The notes: generated by a model not told the origin, from the letters alone. A DNA stretch of 64,000 nt from Octopus sinensis (GCF_006345805.1 NC_043014.1:54560001-54624000), one strand, 5' to 3'. Shown: positions 26,542-39,766, counted from the stretch's first letter. Numbers and translations: made by a program.

Positions 26542-26618
26542 ACTCATTCTGGAAGACAAACCACTTTGGCTGACACTTGGCTGCTAAGAGAAGCAGCTGA
26601 ACCTGGGTCTTCTTCAAG
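26542..26618 (+). CDS. Candidate internal exon, unknown product
   Basis: One open frame THSGRQTTLADTWLLREAAEPGSSS ending at CAAG|GTAACA; weak acceptor. Confidence 0.25.
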
Positions 26619-26844
26619 GTAACAGATATCTGGCACAGAAATTTAATGGATCATGTTAAACCCGTAAGAATTGGCGTGAAATATATGTTTGTGGGTGTAT
26701 AGTGTTATGGTTGTATGATTTCAATTAAATGTTTGTCATCGTCATGCTTTAGTCGGTTCACTGACAATTTATAATACTGAATTATGTAATTACTTTCTGT
26801 ACACAATATATATACATATGTATATATATATATACATATGTATC

Positions 26845-27025
26845 ATCATCATCATCATTTAGCGTCCGTTCTCCATGCTAGCATGGGTTGGACGGTTCAA
26901 CTGGGGTCTGTGAAGCCGGAAGGCTTCATCAGGCCCAGTCTGATCTGGCAGTGTTTCTACGGCTGGATGCCCTTCCTAACGCCAACCACTCTGTGAGTGT
27001 AGTGGGTGCTTTTTACGTGCCAACT
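26845..27025 (-). mobile_element. SINE family C, young copy
   Basis: catcatcatcatttagcgtccg...gggtgctttttacgtgcca. Confidence 0.9.
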
Positions 27026-27209
27026 ATAGCTCTCTTTATCTTACTCTCTAACTCACTTGCTCTCCTATTACTCTCTAACTCATTCTCCTTTCTTTTCCAA
27101 CTGGGGTGTCCATGTATCTACACCTATCCTTGTCCCTCTATCCCTTTAATCTTTCAACTGGCACACAGCACCCCTTCCCAGACGGAGAGGGTTTTGTCTT
27201 GAAAGTTGC

Positions 27210-27415
27210 TTGGTGACCCTCTCAGTGCTGGTGCCACATATAAAGCACCCAGTAACTCTCTGTTAAATGGTTTGTATTAGGAAGGGCATTCAGCTGTAGA
27301 GATCATGCCAAAGCAGACAATTGGAGCCTGGTGCTGTTCCCAGCCTTGCCAAATCCTGTCAAACCTTTCGACTGATACCAGCATGGAAAATGGACATTAA
27401 ATGATCCTGATGATA
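27210..27415 (+). mobile_element. SINE family C, head-to-head with the 26845 copy
   Basis: gtgctggtgccacatataaagcaccc...aggaagggcattcagctgtag...cagcatggaaaatggacattaaatgat. Confidence 0.8.
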
Positions 27416-27849
27416 TCACGAGACATGTGTGTGTGTGTGTGTATATATATAAAAGGTTTCTGTGGGTTCAGTCCTAGTGTGCAGCACCTTAGCAAGTGTT
27501 TTCTGCAATAGGTCCAGCCCAATCAAAGCCTCATGAATAAATTTCGTAGATGGAAACTGAAAGAAGCTTGTTATGTGTTTGTATATATTTGCATTTCTCC
27601 AGAATTCATTCAGGTATGGGCAGTGATGTTGCTGTCATTTCCTCCATCAACAGAGTGATTTTCTAGTTTTGCATCTTCGAAGGTGTGTGAAATATAATAT
27701 TCCTTACTTGAAAAACTGGTAAGTGTTGGTGGCAGGAAGGGCTCCCAGCGGTAAAGCATCACAACAATGCCTCAAATATATTCATTTTCAATGACCATTT
27801 TTCTTGAGAAATTGTCATAAAATGAATTATTTATGTGGTGCTTTTATTT

Positions 27850-29700
27850 ATCCTGGACACAGAGGATGTCAAAGATCTTAACAGTCTTAATGTGTCAACT
27901 ATAATTGGTCCCATGTTATGAACCCATACAAAAGAGTGGAATCACTGGTCATCCAGTGGACGAGAACCTTGGTCTGCAGCTGGACAGGGTTATTTAGGAA
28001 AACCCTTTCGACCTTCCAAGGCCTTCAGAGTTTTGTGTTGAGGTTGTTTAGAATCTCATCATCCAGTGTGCGTTCATTGGAAATGACACAGTCACAGTTG
28101 GAGAATCGAGAATATGTTTCTGTGAGGGAGGCTGAGTTGCAGAGTGTGCCGGAGACGAGTGACTTTAGTTTTCTGGACATTGATGGTAGCTGTAACAACT
28201 ACTGGAATGGTGGCTTTGGAGGGCTTCTAGAGCACAGTGAAGACCATGGTGTTGGGAACAGTAATTGTAGTGGCTTTAGATCGCGTTCGTTTGTTTGAGG
28301 GGCAGCATAACCTCATGGATGCATTCCGGATCCAAATACTGCCATCCATTGGACTTGACCATGGTAGATTTGAAAGGTGTTCTGGTTATCCATGCTTTGA
28401 GGGGAGGTGAGGGTTGGGCAGATCATTGCATAATATTAATGAAGGTCAGATTCTAAGCGCTTGATTGGTTCCGTGGAACAGTTCCCAGGGGTCCATAACA
28501 AGTCTTAACTGCATCATAGAAATTGTATGTGCCATGACATGTCTGCTTGGATCTAGATTTCCCAAGTTTTTGCAATCCACCAAGGCATGAACAGTGGATT
28601 GGACCAGTGTGTTGAAGGATTGTTCTGTGGGTCTTGGACATATCTTTCAGGAACTTGCCAATTCTGATGGAGTTCTTATCAGTTTTCATTAAGTGTAAAA
28701 CTTAAGACTTACCATTTGTCATCCAAGCCAAGGCTTCCAATGTGATGAATGCCTCTAAACCTTTCTGCCAGGAAGCGAGAGGCTGACAAAGTTCTTAAAA
28801 CTAATGCAATCGTGCAATTTGGTTGTTATTGAGTTTCTTCATGTTTTGTGGTCTTTGAGGATTGTAACTGTCTTTCTTGTTAATATTAAGCATCAATCTT
28901 TGCCATAAGCAGCTTCCTTCAGTGTTGCAGTCAATAAAATTCCAGTGTTTGGATTTAGAATTCATCTTTGAAGTTTATTATTCTGCTAGAAGAAGATGCT
29001 CTCCACTCAGCGAAAGATGTTTGAAGCTATTGGCAATTATGTTTCCTGATTCCAGAATTCCTGATCAATCTTGGTTTTATTCATGTTCCTCCTTTCTCTT
29101 GCAATGATTCACTCATTTGGATGACTTTGTATTTTTTTTTTTTTACTATTTTAATCAGTGCCTAATCTAATGTTTGGTCGAAGCAACCTTTGACCTGAAT
29201 ATCAGATGACAGACTTGGTACATACTCAGTAAAGAAGCCCGGTGACTCCTACAAAGGAGACATCGGATGACATTGGCTTCTGTTTGTTCAGGTCAACTAA
29301 TATCTCAATGTGAGTGCTTGACTTTGACTTGACTTGAGACAGAATTCACCCAGGGTGGGTTGAGCTGGCTTCATTCATCCTCAATGCTCTCACAAACACC
29401 GATCAGACCTGGCAATTTGAGGCTAACGACCGCGTGATCTCCAATGTGAGTGCAATAATGTCTGTGTCATGTTTATGTCGCAGCCCCTCACTTCATTGAC
29501 TGCAAAGAGCAGTTACTGCTTGGGTCGGCTTGTTGAGCTTCCAACACCAGTGTCTGTGTGTCCCAAGTTCCCTATCTGGAGTGGTATATTATTTCTGGTT
29601 TTACGACTGCTATGTGCAATGTTTGAACACATGCACTTTCATATCTAAGAATTGAATTGCTTGGACATTTTTGCACCTCCTTTTCTAAGCCCTTCCCTAG
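27850..29700 (-). mobile_element. RTE (BovB-like) LINE relic, endonuclease to linker region
   Basis: Degenerate N-terminal endonuclease segment near 29400-29620 and FYDAVKTCYGP (compare RTE FYxALKAVYGP) at ~28490-28520; stops and frameshifts. Confidence 0.65.
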
Positions 29701-31469
29701 TTGGGGTGAGCAGCACAGTCCCTAGATAAGGCTGTTTAGTCATACAAATGTCTTCCTTGAACAGCTCCCCCCCTAATCGTAGCTGCCAATGGTTGTTACC
29801 CTGAACCACTAACTTTGAGGATTCTAACTAGAAGGTTCCAATACATTCAACCCTGCTCCTATTGCCAGGTTCTCTATTACTACTGGACTTGCAAGAGAAA
29901 ATACCGAAAGAAGCCTTATGGTGATTTCGGGATGATTATTCCTCAGCATCACTATCTTTTCTGTGAAGATGATACATCTGGTAGTGGCCCAAGACAACTA
30001 TATCAGGACATTGCCAGAAATCCAGTCTGTTGGAATTCTCTTTAATCCTTTCACTGCAAAATTAAATTTCATGGTTATTCTAGTAATCATGTTAAATATC
30101 TATCAAAAAAAAAAAAAGAGAGAGAGAGAGAATTGGCATTTTGTGCAAGTTTCATTGCCTCAGCAAACTCAACGCATCTCATAGTTTCAATGAACATGAC
30201 ATTCTTCAACAAAAGACATTTTGGTATATAAAACTACTTTCCAAAGTTAAAGGTAATGACGTGATTGGATATGTCTGGTTTCTTCAGTAAAAGGGTCAAA
30301 GGTGGACCCCCATACCTTGTTTTTTTCTCTCTCAAAGTATTCTTCCTTAGCCATTCTCTTCTTGGACTCATCTTAAAGGCAGCAGAATAATGACTGTTAA
30401 ATGTTAGGGAATATTCACCAGAGTAGACCAGCATGTCAATATCTGTAGGGGCCCAATATTCCTGGAGATCCCATGGGTGACCAAAAGGGAGCCTGGTAGA
30501 AGTTTTGGTGAAGGAAAGGTTGTGTAGTGGCAGTTCTGTCCTACTTCCTATTTTTACGCCATGGGTTTGCCAATGGCGGCAAGCTATAAGCGAGGGGGTT
30601 TCAGGGGTTACTGCACTGACACATCAAACTGTCACACACACACACACACAGATACTTACGCACTCTCTCTTGCTCACACATAAATTCTTATATAATTGGT
30701 CAAAACTTATTGGAATAATTTCCTTTTTTGGTTGATGGCTGAATGCTCCCCCCCCCCCCAACACTGTCATGCAGTGGAAGCGAACTCTAAAACTACTTGG
30801 TTCTCCAGTGTACTTCTTAACCATAGACCCATGGTTGCACACGGCACACACACGTTATGTAAAACTGTCTGACCCATGCTAGCATGGAACATGAAAGTTA
30901 AATAATGATGATGATGATGTTTACAATGATTTGTTGAGATAGTATTACCAATAAAATAAACTCTGTGTAATAGGGACCTAGCTTACAATCTCCCCTCTTA
31001 ATATAGATGACAGAAAGAAGATCCTTAACTTTGAAAAGACCATATATAATTAAGCATCATAAAGCTAATTCTACAAGTAATTGACCAACTTATTAACCTT
31101 ATGAAAACAAATTTTTGGACTTAGCAAAACTATATTAAACAGAACAGATAATGATGTACAAAAATGCCTCATATTGTCTCACGAGGAAAATTAACAGAGT
31201 GTAATTAATTGTTTTCTTTCTATGAGAAATAAAAGAAATTACTATTTCACACAATTTGACATAGTAGATCATTACCCATCTATAACAAAATAACTTTTTT
31301 TTGAAAACCCGTGTTTTCATGGAACTTTACACGGCTGTTAAGGATGAGAATACGCAAATTATAAAGCATCCTAAGAAATTTATTCTTTTCCACAGTGATA
31401 GCATTCGGATAAAGATGTGGTTTGGGATGTCGGGGATTCTGCCAAAGTATCAAATCATATTGGTATTTT

Positions 31470-31722
31470 TATTCGTGCTGGTGGCATGTGTAAAAAGATT
31501 CGAGTGAGGTCATTGCCAGTACTGGCCCCCGTGCTGGTGGCACGTAAAAAGCACCCACTACACTCTTGGAGTGGTTGGCATTAGGAAGGGCATCCAGCTG
31601 TAGAAACTCTGCCAGATCAAGAGTGGAGCCTGGTGCAGCCATCTGGTTTGCCAGCCCTCAGTCAAAACCGTCCAACCCATGCTAGCATGGAAAACGGATG
31701 TTAAACGATGATGATGATGATC
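31470..31722 (+). mobile_element. SINE family C with two head modules
   Basis: gtgctggtggcatgtgtaaaaag...gtgctggtggcacgtaaaaagcacc...(gat)n. Confidence 0.9.
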
Positions 31723-32140
31723 TTGGGAAAAATTTGCAGAGATAATGATCTTTTAATGTCTAAAAGGGACAATGCCAGGTGGATTTAGGGAAGAATTAAG
31801 ACAAGACATTCTCAAATTTCATTCCAACAATTTAAGTGGGTTTCATTGGTTTCTTGTGATGAGACATCTCTCAGCTGGATGTTGCATGCGAATAATGTGC
31901 TAAAAACTGGCAGTTTTAAAGCAGGAAGCATTTTAGGAAACTTCTTAGCTATCATCTTTCATTTTTGATTTATGTAAGAACAAAAATAAGCAAAACTTTT
32001 ATGCATCCATTAAAGAAGCCTTTCCCCTCTGATCATAAGTTAGGAAATATTTAACATAAATTCACTCAAAGTAGGCTGTTTTTACAATGCTGAATTTTGA
32101 AGACGTAGTACTTTTGGGAACACTAAGAAGATTATGAAAA

Positions 32141-32380
32141 TTGTGTCTGGGGAGAGTCGTTTTCTTTTTGTGCCTTATTATGTAAAATTTCCACGTTTTC
32201 TTATTTTTATTGTCCTAAAATTTTCGTTGCGTCTTGCAACCTTTTCAATAGTTTTGATTCTAATCAAAACTATTGAAAAGGTTGCAAGACGCAACGAAAA
32301 TTTTAAGAGAATAAAAATAAGAAAACATGGAAATTTTACATAATAAGGCACAAAAAGAAAACGACTCTCTCCAGACACAA
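32141..32380. repeat. 240 bp near-perfect palindrome flanked by a 22 bp direct repeat
   Basis: Centre gttttgatt-ct-aatcaaaac at 32260/32261; taagaagattatgaaaattgtg at 32124-32145 and 32428-32449. Confidence 0.92.
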
Positions 32381-32899
32381 GAGAATATGCTTCAACACAT
32401 GAACTCACAAGAATCTTGCAAACAAAATAAGAAGATTATGAAAATTGTGAATAATAATAATATTTTCATTCATATAAAGTACAACTGTAATTCTCCAACA
32501 GTTTTCCCAGTTAATGGGAATTGCCTGGAAGAATCGGTGATAAATGTTGCTACTGTAAGAGTGAGAATTAACCTTAATGGCTTTCAGAATGGAGAGATGG
32601 CTTAACAAGCTTAAATGTCAAACTGACCAACACAGATATATGTTTTGAAAAGTACAAAGGAGAATGGACGCTAGATTAGTTGTGCATGTATGATTCTTTG
32701 AACGAGGGGAATGTGCTGACCTGGCTTTCATTATACACATTTATGTAGGTATTTAGGTGTGTTTGTGTGGGTGTATACTTGTATACTTTTATCATTTTAT
32801 GTTAGTTTTTTTCATGATGGTATCAGTTGGAAGGGTTGTCATGATCTGAGTCGATTCTCACTCAGAGATGCTCCCCTCTAAGAAGGGTCAGGAACTATG

Positions 32900-33500
32900 T
32901 CTTACATGTTCCATTTTTCATTTCGATCACATCCAGAAAATGAGCAAATTTTTTAATTAATGCTTATAATTTTAAGGTTCAGTTCTGTCAGTAATCTTCC
33001 TAATTCTTTCCTAATCTGTCTGCTATTTTTTTTCTGTTTTAGATATTAAAAAACCTTTGTCTCTGTAAATTCATCCATAGAAAGAACTGACTTTCTTTTC
33101 CATCATGCCCTAAATAAAAATACTGATATGATTTGATACTTCTGCAGAGTCTCTGATACCAAAACCCTAATTAGAAAAGGTCTTCATTATCATTCTTTAT
33201 CCAAATACTACCACTGTAGAAAAGAATCTGTCCCCTACAAAGTCTACCTTTCTCCTTAGCCGACCTAAAATTCAATCACATCTCTTGTACATCCATATTT
33301 GAATTGGGTACAAAATATGTAATTTCTACCCACTCCTTTTGTGCATTTCAAGTGTAGCTGCTTCCTTGGTGGCAGCAGGGTCCTCTATTTTTTCTGCTAA
33401 ACCTTTCATCTTTGCTTGGTTTACTTGAAGAGGTTTCTCAATTCTAGGTTTTGCTTCAGAGCTTAAAATTAGTTTTGAAAATCTTTGACAGATTCAGTCA
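32900..33500 (-). mobile_element. Old RTE LINE 3' relic
   Basis: Minus strand tgaagcaaaacctagaattgaga..ctcttcaagtaaacc resembles the WKQNLE..LRVN segment of the other RTE copies. Confidence 0.4.
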
Positions 33501-33863
33501 TGCAGAATAGGAGATCAGCAATTAAGAAGAATTCACACAAAGGCAGTTGGTCTGAAATTTCTCAATTATGGCCTGGAGGATTATAATAAAGAAAATGGGA
33601 CTGAGAACTAAATCTGATGGACACAACTTATCATCTTAATTCTTCACTGAACTTGGACCATGCTGAGGGCACCACTGTCCATGGCTGGCACAAACCAATT
33701 GTTTATCCTTAGTTTCTGTTAGTGACCATCAGACTACAGAGTATAGAATCCTCACTGTATTTAACATTTGTCAATCTGGGAAAATAAACCCGTGTACATT
33801 TACACACACACACACACACAGCGTGTTTGGGTGTGTATACACTGATATATATATATTGACACC

Positions 33864-34096
33864 AAGGGCGGTGAGCTGGCAGAAACGTTAGCATGCCGGG
33901 CGAAATACTTAACAGAATTTCGTCTGTCGTTACGTTCTGAGTTCAAATTCCGTCGAGGTTGACTTTGCCTTTCATCCTTTCAGGGCTGATAAATAAAGTA
34001 CCAGTTTCACACTGGGGTCGATGTAATCGACTTAATCCCTTTGTCTGTCCTTGTTTGTCCCCTCTGTGTGTAGCCCCTTGTGGGTAGTAAAGAAAT
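33864..34096 (+). mobile_element. SINE family B, full length
   Basis: ggcggtgagctggcagaaacgttag tRNA-like head; gactttgcctttcatcctttc..taaagtaccag Nin/Deu-like core; gtaaagaaata tail. Confidence 0.92.
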
Positions 34097-34535
34097 ATAC
34101 ATATATATTGACACATTATATTAGTGTTTTGTGCCTCCATAGAACTATAATTTGAGCAATACACACAACTGTGGCCCGTGTGTATATTTATCCATAGCTA
34201 CAGTCCAACAAGGCAGTGTTTTGTCTCTTGCATATAGAATTACATTCTCCTGAAATAGTCAGATTCCAGCCAGTCTCAAAAATGGTGGGCAAAAGCAAGA
34301 AGAGCTATTTGTTGATTGTTTGTAATTACTATTGTCAAATTATTATTATCAGCAGCAGCAGTAATAGTTAGTACTAGTATCAGTGGTAGTGGTGGTGGTG
34401 TTAAAGCTATGTGATGGTTGTTGTATTTTATAATTGATATATTTACGTCTTTAATCTAAACACACCCATTCATGTGGACCATGATACCATCGTCGTCATC
34501 ATCGTCATCACATTCAATTTCCAGGCTGGCAAGGG

Positions 34536-34912
34536 TTACTTGTTTGTCATTTGACTGCGGCCATGCTGGAGCACTGCCTTTAGTCGAGCAAATCGACCCC
34601 GGGACTTATTCTTTGTAAGCCCAGTACTTATTCTGTCGGGCTCTTTTGCCGAACCGCTAAGTGACGGGGACGTAAACACACCAGCATCAGTTGTCAAGCA
34701 ATGCTAGGGGGACAAACACACACACATATACATATATATACATATATATGTCAGGCTTCTTTCAGTTTCCGTCTACCAAATTCACTCACAAGGCATTGGT
34801 CGGCCCGGGGCTATAGCAGAAGACACTTGCCCAAGATGCCACGCAGTGGGACTGAACCCAGAACCATGTGGTTGGTTAGCAAGCTACTTACCACACAGCC
34901 ACTCCTGCACCT
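34536..34912 (-). mobile_element. SINE family A, full length
   Basis: Reverse complement of the 24201 copy. Confidence 0.92.
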
Positions 34913-36718
34913 GGGTTGAGAACAGGTCATTATGATCTGAGTCATCTTCTGTCGGATGCTCCTATTTCCATGACACTGATGCTTCCTGGGTGTCATTTGA
35001 TTTGGATTTTGAGGCCTGGATGCTCTTCCTGTTGCCAACCACTCTACATAGCATACTGGACGCATTTTCATGGCTCCAACACTAGAAAGGTTAAAGAGTC
35101 CTTGGTTGTATATATATATAAAGTTTCATATTTCAAAGTGCTAAGCACTCAATATAATGAATATAGAGTTTATTTCTGCATAACTTCAACAGTTAATGTA
35201 CAACTTGTCATTAGTTTCAAGGATATTCAAACTGGTTGAGGGTCATCTGACATCAGTTAACACCACTCTCTCTCTGTGTTTGTTTATTAAGCAGCAACAC
35301 TAATCAAGTACTGAGTTAATTTAATCAACTGCAAATCAGGAGCTGGTGTCCCCAAGACGGCCCAACGTGGTCTTCAACTTAGTTTTAGCCACTACTGCAA
35401 TGACACTGGTGCCAGGCCTTATTTGCTCTTGCCCTTCCTTGGACAACATCAGTGGAATTCAAGAGGGAATCTTAAGGCATGGGTAGCTACTGATCTTCCA
35501 TACAGTCTTACTCTCTCTAGGATGGGTTCTTTTATGCCATATCACTGCATTCAACCAACACAAACTGAAGCAGGAATTTCCAGGTACGGATGATGCACAG
35601 GTGTGGTTAAGAAGGTTGCTTTCCACCCACATGGTTTCAGGTTCAGTCCCATTATGTGGCACCTTCGGCAAGTGTCTCCGACTATAGCCCTGGGCTGACT
35701 AAAGCCTTGCAAGTGGGTTTGATTGATGGAAGCTGAAAGAAGCTTGTTGTGCATGTGGGTCCCCTTGTCTTGGCAAAGCACGATAGCTGCAGAGAAATGT
35801 CATTTACAAGCAGTATGAGCCATTTCCAATCTTCTTCAAAAGCATGTCAAGCCATGGGAGAATGTCATCAGGTGAAGGTTGGTAATGGGAAAGGCATCCA
35901 GTTGTAGAAAATGTGCCTCAATGAATTCAGCCTGACCCATGCAGGCATGGAAAAGTGGATTTTAAAATGATGATGATGAGGAGGAAGAAGAAGACTCATT
36001 GGTCTCACAGGGCGTACAATTGTTTGTCTGGGAAGCTTTTTAATGTCTACTTATGTATGTGAATGGGCTGAAGACCTCATCAAATCCAGGCTACTTTCAT
36101 TATTTATAATGGAATAATGTTATCATGCTATTCTGAAAAACTGTATTTAAATGTAGCTTTGATGGTAATAATAAGTTCTTTGGTGCTCTAGCATGGCCTT
36201 AACCGTTGTTTAAGGTAAAATAAGGAACTTAAGAACATAAAAACTTATGACCAAAGACATTCCAATTGTGGTAGTCTTGTCTTTTTCTTTCAGATAGTTT
36301 CCAAGGACCACATTATCCAATGTCTTTTCCATTCTTAAAGACAACAGGGTGTGGTATGTGGGGTATTTAATTTTTCATGTATCCCTGTAACTGCTCCCTT
36401 TTCCCGCCCTTGTTTCTCTCCCTCTCCACTCTCTCCATGTTCCAGCTTTCTATGTATTCCTTCTGTTTCAGTTGCTCCCGGAGCATCTCAGCTGTGAACA
36501 TGGCTGTTTATTATCCAACTGGAATGCATTCTAAACCCATCTCTTCCCGACACAGTAACAGACCTTATATTTTACTGACCTTTAACATTGGTAAAAACAG
36601 CCCCATATTGTTCGCGTGTTTTATCCTTTCAGAATATGTGCTTTAGGTACATTGTGTGAAAGCCTCTTTCACACAAACTTTTGCCGAGCTCTCCCCTCCC
36701 CCACCATCTGTCTATTTG

Positions 36719-36750
<32 letters not shown>

Positions 36751-36869
36751 CTCACAAATCATTTCTGTCTCTTGCCTCCTCCTCACTGCTTTCACTCATC
36801 CACGGTTAAAATATCTTGTAACAATTGGTCATGTCTTTTTCTCTCTTCTTTGTCTTTGGGGGTCAACAG

Positions 36870-37033
36870 TCTGTCACCCATCGACGCTATTTGCCAATTG
36901 GACACGAGGCGACGAGAGAACACCTATGCAAGGCATGGGCCGCATGAGACTCGACTCATTATCAGACGCACCTAGGAATAGCAGCCAAAATTTCCCTCAA
37001 ACTACATCCGCCCATCCTCCCCAAAGCCGATGA
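36870..37033 (+). CDS. Candidate terminal exon, unknown product
   Basis: Pyrimidine tract plus caacag| acceptor; two frames stay open (LSPIDAIC..IIRRT* to 36975; VCHPSTLF..HPPQSR* to 37033); overlapping AATAAA at 37188 and 37192. Confidence 0.25.
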
Positions 37034-37792
37034 TGTAATTCGGCGTATTGACTGATGGGATGGTCATGATTGGAATACTTTGATCTCTCCTTTTAATTTT
37101 CTCTCTTTCATCTATGCCAACATTGATGAATTTGTGAATTTCCCACCTCTTTTTCGATCTTCTCAATTAATGACTAGAACTTTCAATAATAAATAAAATA
37201 GTTTCACTGCACCTTTTTAAATGATCAAATCTCCACCCTGTTTGTTTTTTTAATTTGTTTTGCAAGAATTTTTATCTAAAATCCTGGTTTGAAACCGATA
37301 ATATTATATTCAGTCGAGTCACTGATAAAGTCTGTAAACACACCGGTTGGCGTTAACTTCGGTTTTTAGTTACGTGAACAACGAGCGATCAGTGTTGGTA
37401 GGCTTTTATCGGTATGACTCACTCGAAATATAGATATAGTTTTTTTCTCCCTCAAAATCACTATTTGGGGATCTATAATAAATACCAACCTCGCTCAGGT
37501 CATTGACATCGCTGATGTAAGCGCCAAGAACAAAGCGAATGAGTGTGAACAGTTCGGAAGTAGCAAGATGTGAACGGTGTATTATTATGATTCATGAAGC
37601 TGATCGATGATTCTAAAGTTGGTTAGAACCTAGAATTTCTTTTACATAATAGAGCTTTTAGAACATAGGTTTGTTAGACTCCCTCTTTACTGAGACCAGA
37701 TCCTGTCGAAGTCAACTTTCCTTTTCATCTTGCCGCCGGGCTCGATGAAATGTAGAAGCACTCGAGTTTTGGTGTAGGTTTAATTGACTTAC

Positions 37793-37821
37793 AAGCCGCC
37801 CCCAAAATGTATAGCTTGTGT
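37793..37821 (-). CDS. Candidate 29-nt exon
   Basis: Minus strand atcgatttttcttag|ACACAAGCTATACATTTTGGGGGCGGCTT|gtaagt; open as (D)TSYTFWGRL. Confidence 0.2.
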
Positions 37822-38453
37822 CTAAGAAAAATCGATATTTGAATCGTATAAACTATGTATGACAACGAACTAAAAAATGCCGTGTGAAGATGAGAGAAAC
37901 TTCTATTCAGAATACCTTTCCCCCAAATAACTTTTAGATAAGATTTCAATTTTAGCTGTTTACTGTATTTGTCGTTTGAAAATATTTTCTTTCGCTGGTA
38001 ACAAATATGTAGAAAATGGTTTATAATTATTTTTATTTTTTATGGTTTGCCGAGATGAGGAAGGGCAGCATCACTAACCCTTCAGGGCCACCGGAACAAA
38101 TGGGGGAAAGTAACCCGGCCTGAATGCTTAAGGCACCCACAGGTCAAACAACGGTATTAACCTGACCTCAGGTTTTATCTACTACCCTCAAATGGGACAC
38201 GGACTGTCTTTATCCCTCTGACAGCTTTCACATTTTATTCACTTTGGCTTGGGGCTACCTGGGTGGAAGAGCAAACATCCTTACCTTACGTGAACCACGT
38301 AAATCGTTTCTTATGTCGGGTAATTTTATTTATATCGACCTCAAAGGGTCGAAAAGCAACAATGAAACTATCGTCGTTTGAACTAATTAATACCTCATAC
38401 TAATTTTAGTATTTTTCGCCGGTACTGTATGTAATATATAAATATATATATAG

Positions 38454-39305
38454 TGTGTGTGTGTGTGTGTGTGTGCTGGTGCTCTAATAAACTACAAACA
38501 TATATATGTGTACGTGATTTTTTTCCAATATCCTTGTCTTTGAGTCACTTTGTGAAATTGGGTCTACGGCTGATTTGCTTTTTCTGTCTTTTGTATTTTT
38601 AGCGTGTTCATATCCGGGATCGAACCGACAGGTTTCATTATTATTTAAACAATTCATCTCGATTCCCTCCGCTCACACACACACACACACACACTCTGCC
38701 AATCTTAGCCGAAAGCACCTTGTGTGTCTCTAACGTGTGTAGTCTTTTGCACAGTAGATAGTTTTAATGGAAACCGGAAATCAAATTTACTTGCTCTGTT
38801 CGCTCTTAATTTTAATTTATGGAGCGGCCAAAGGTGAACAATATATAATAATAATAATAACCCCGTTTACTTTCTCTGTGTGTGTGTGTGTGCTGGTGCT
38901 CTAATAAACTACAAACATATATATGTGTACGTGATTTTTTTCCAATATCCTTGTCTTTGAGTCACTTTGTGAAATTGGGTCTACGGCTGATTTGCTTTTT
39001 CTGTCTTTTGTATTTTTAGCGTGTTCATATCCGGGATCGAACCGACAGGTTTCATTATTATTTAAACAATTCATCTCGATTCCCTCCGCTCACACACACA
39101 CACACACACACTCTGCCGATCTTAGCCGAAAGCACCTTGTGTGTCTCTAACGTGTGTAGTCTTTTGCACAGTAGATAGTTTTAATGGAAACCGGAAATCA
39201 AATTTACTTGCTCTGTTCGCTCTTAATTTTAATTTATGGAGCGGCCAAAGGTGAACAATATATAATAATAATAATAACCCCGTTTACTTTCTCTGTGTGT
39301 GTGTG
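38454..39305. repeat. Tandem duplication, period 417 bp, bounded by (TG)n
   Basis: ctggtgctctaataaac at 38476 and 38893; ggagcggccaaagg at 38821 and 39238; near identical. Confidence 0.95.
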
Positions 39306-39652
39306 TGTGAGACTATAGACACTCTCTCTCTCTCTATCGCGCGCATCTGTCGGTGTTTAGACAAGACACACACACACACACACAACACGTGTGTGACTTC
39401 CAAGTTCTTTCCTACTCCTATCAATTTCTCTGTCTCTCTCAAGACTATATTTACTATAAAGATTTACAACCAAAGACTTAAGTCGTTTCTTGGCTGGATT
39501 CAGTGCAGCTCATTGAGATGGCATCGCATTCCTGAAAACCCCCTGGTTTTCCTCTTCTTCACTCACAGACGCACGTTCCACATCCAAAATCACACACACA
39601 CCACACATACTTGCACGTAGTGTCCCACTTCTTTCTATTCTCTGCCTCCCCC

Positions 39653-39691
<39 letters not shown>

Positions 39692-39703
39692 AGAGAGAGA
39701 GAC

Positions 39704-39766
<63 letters not shown>

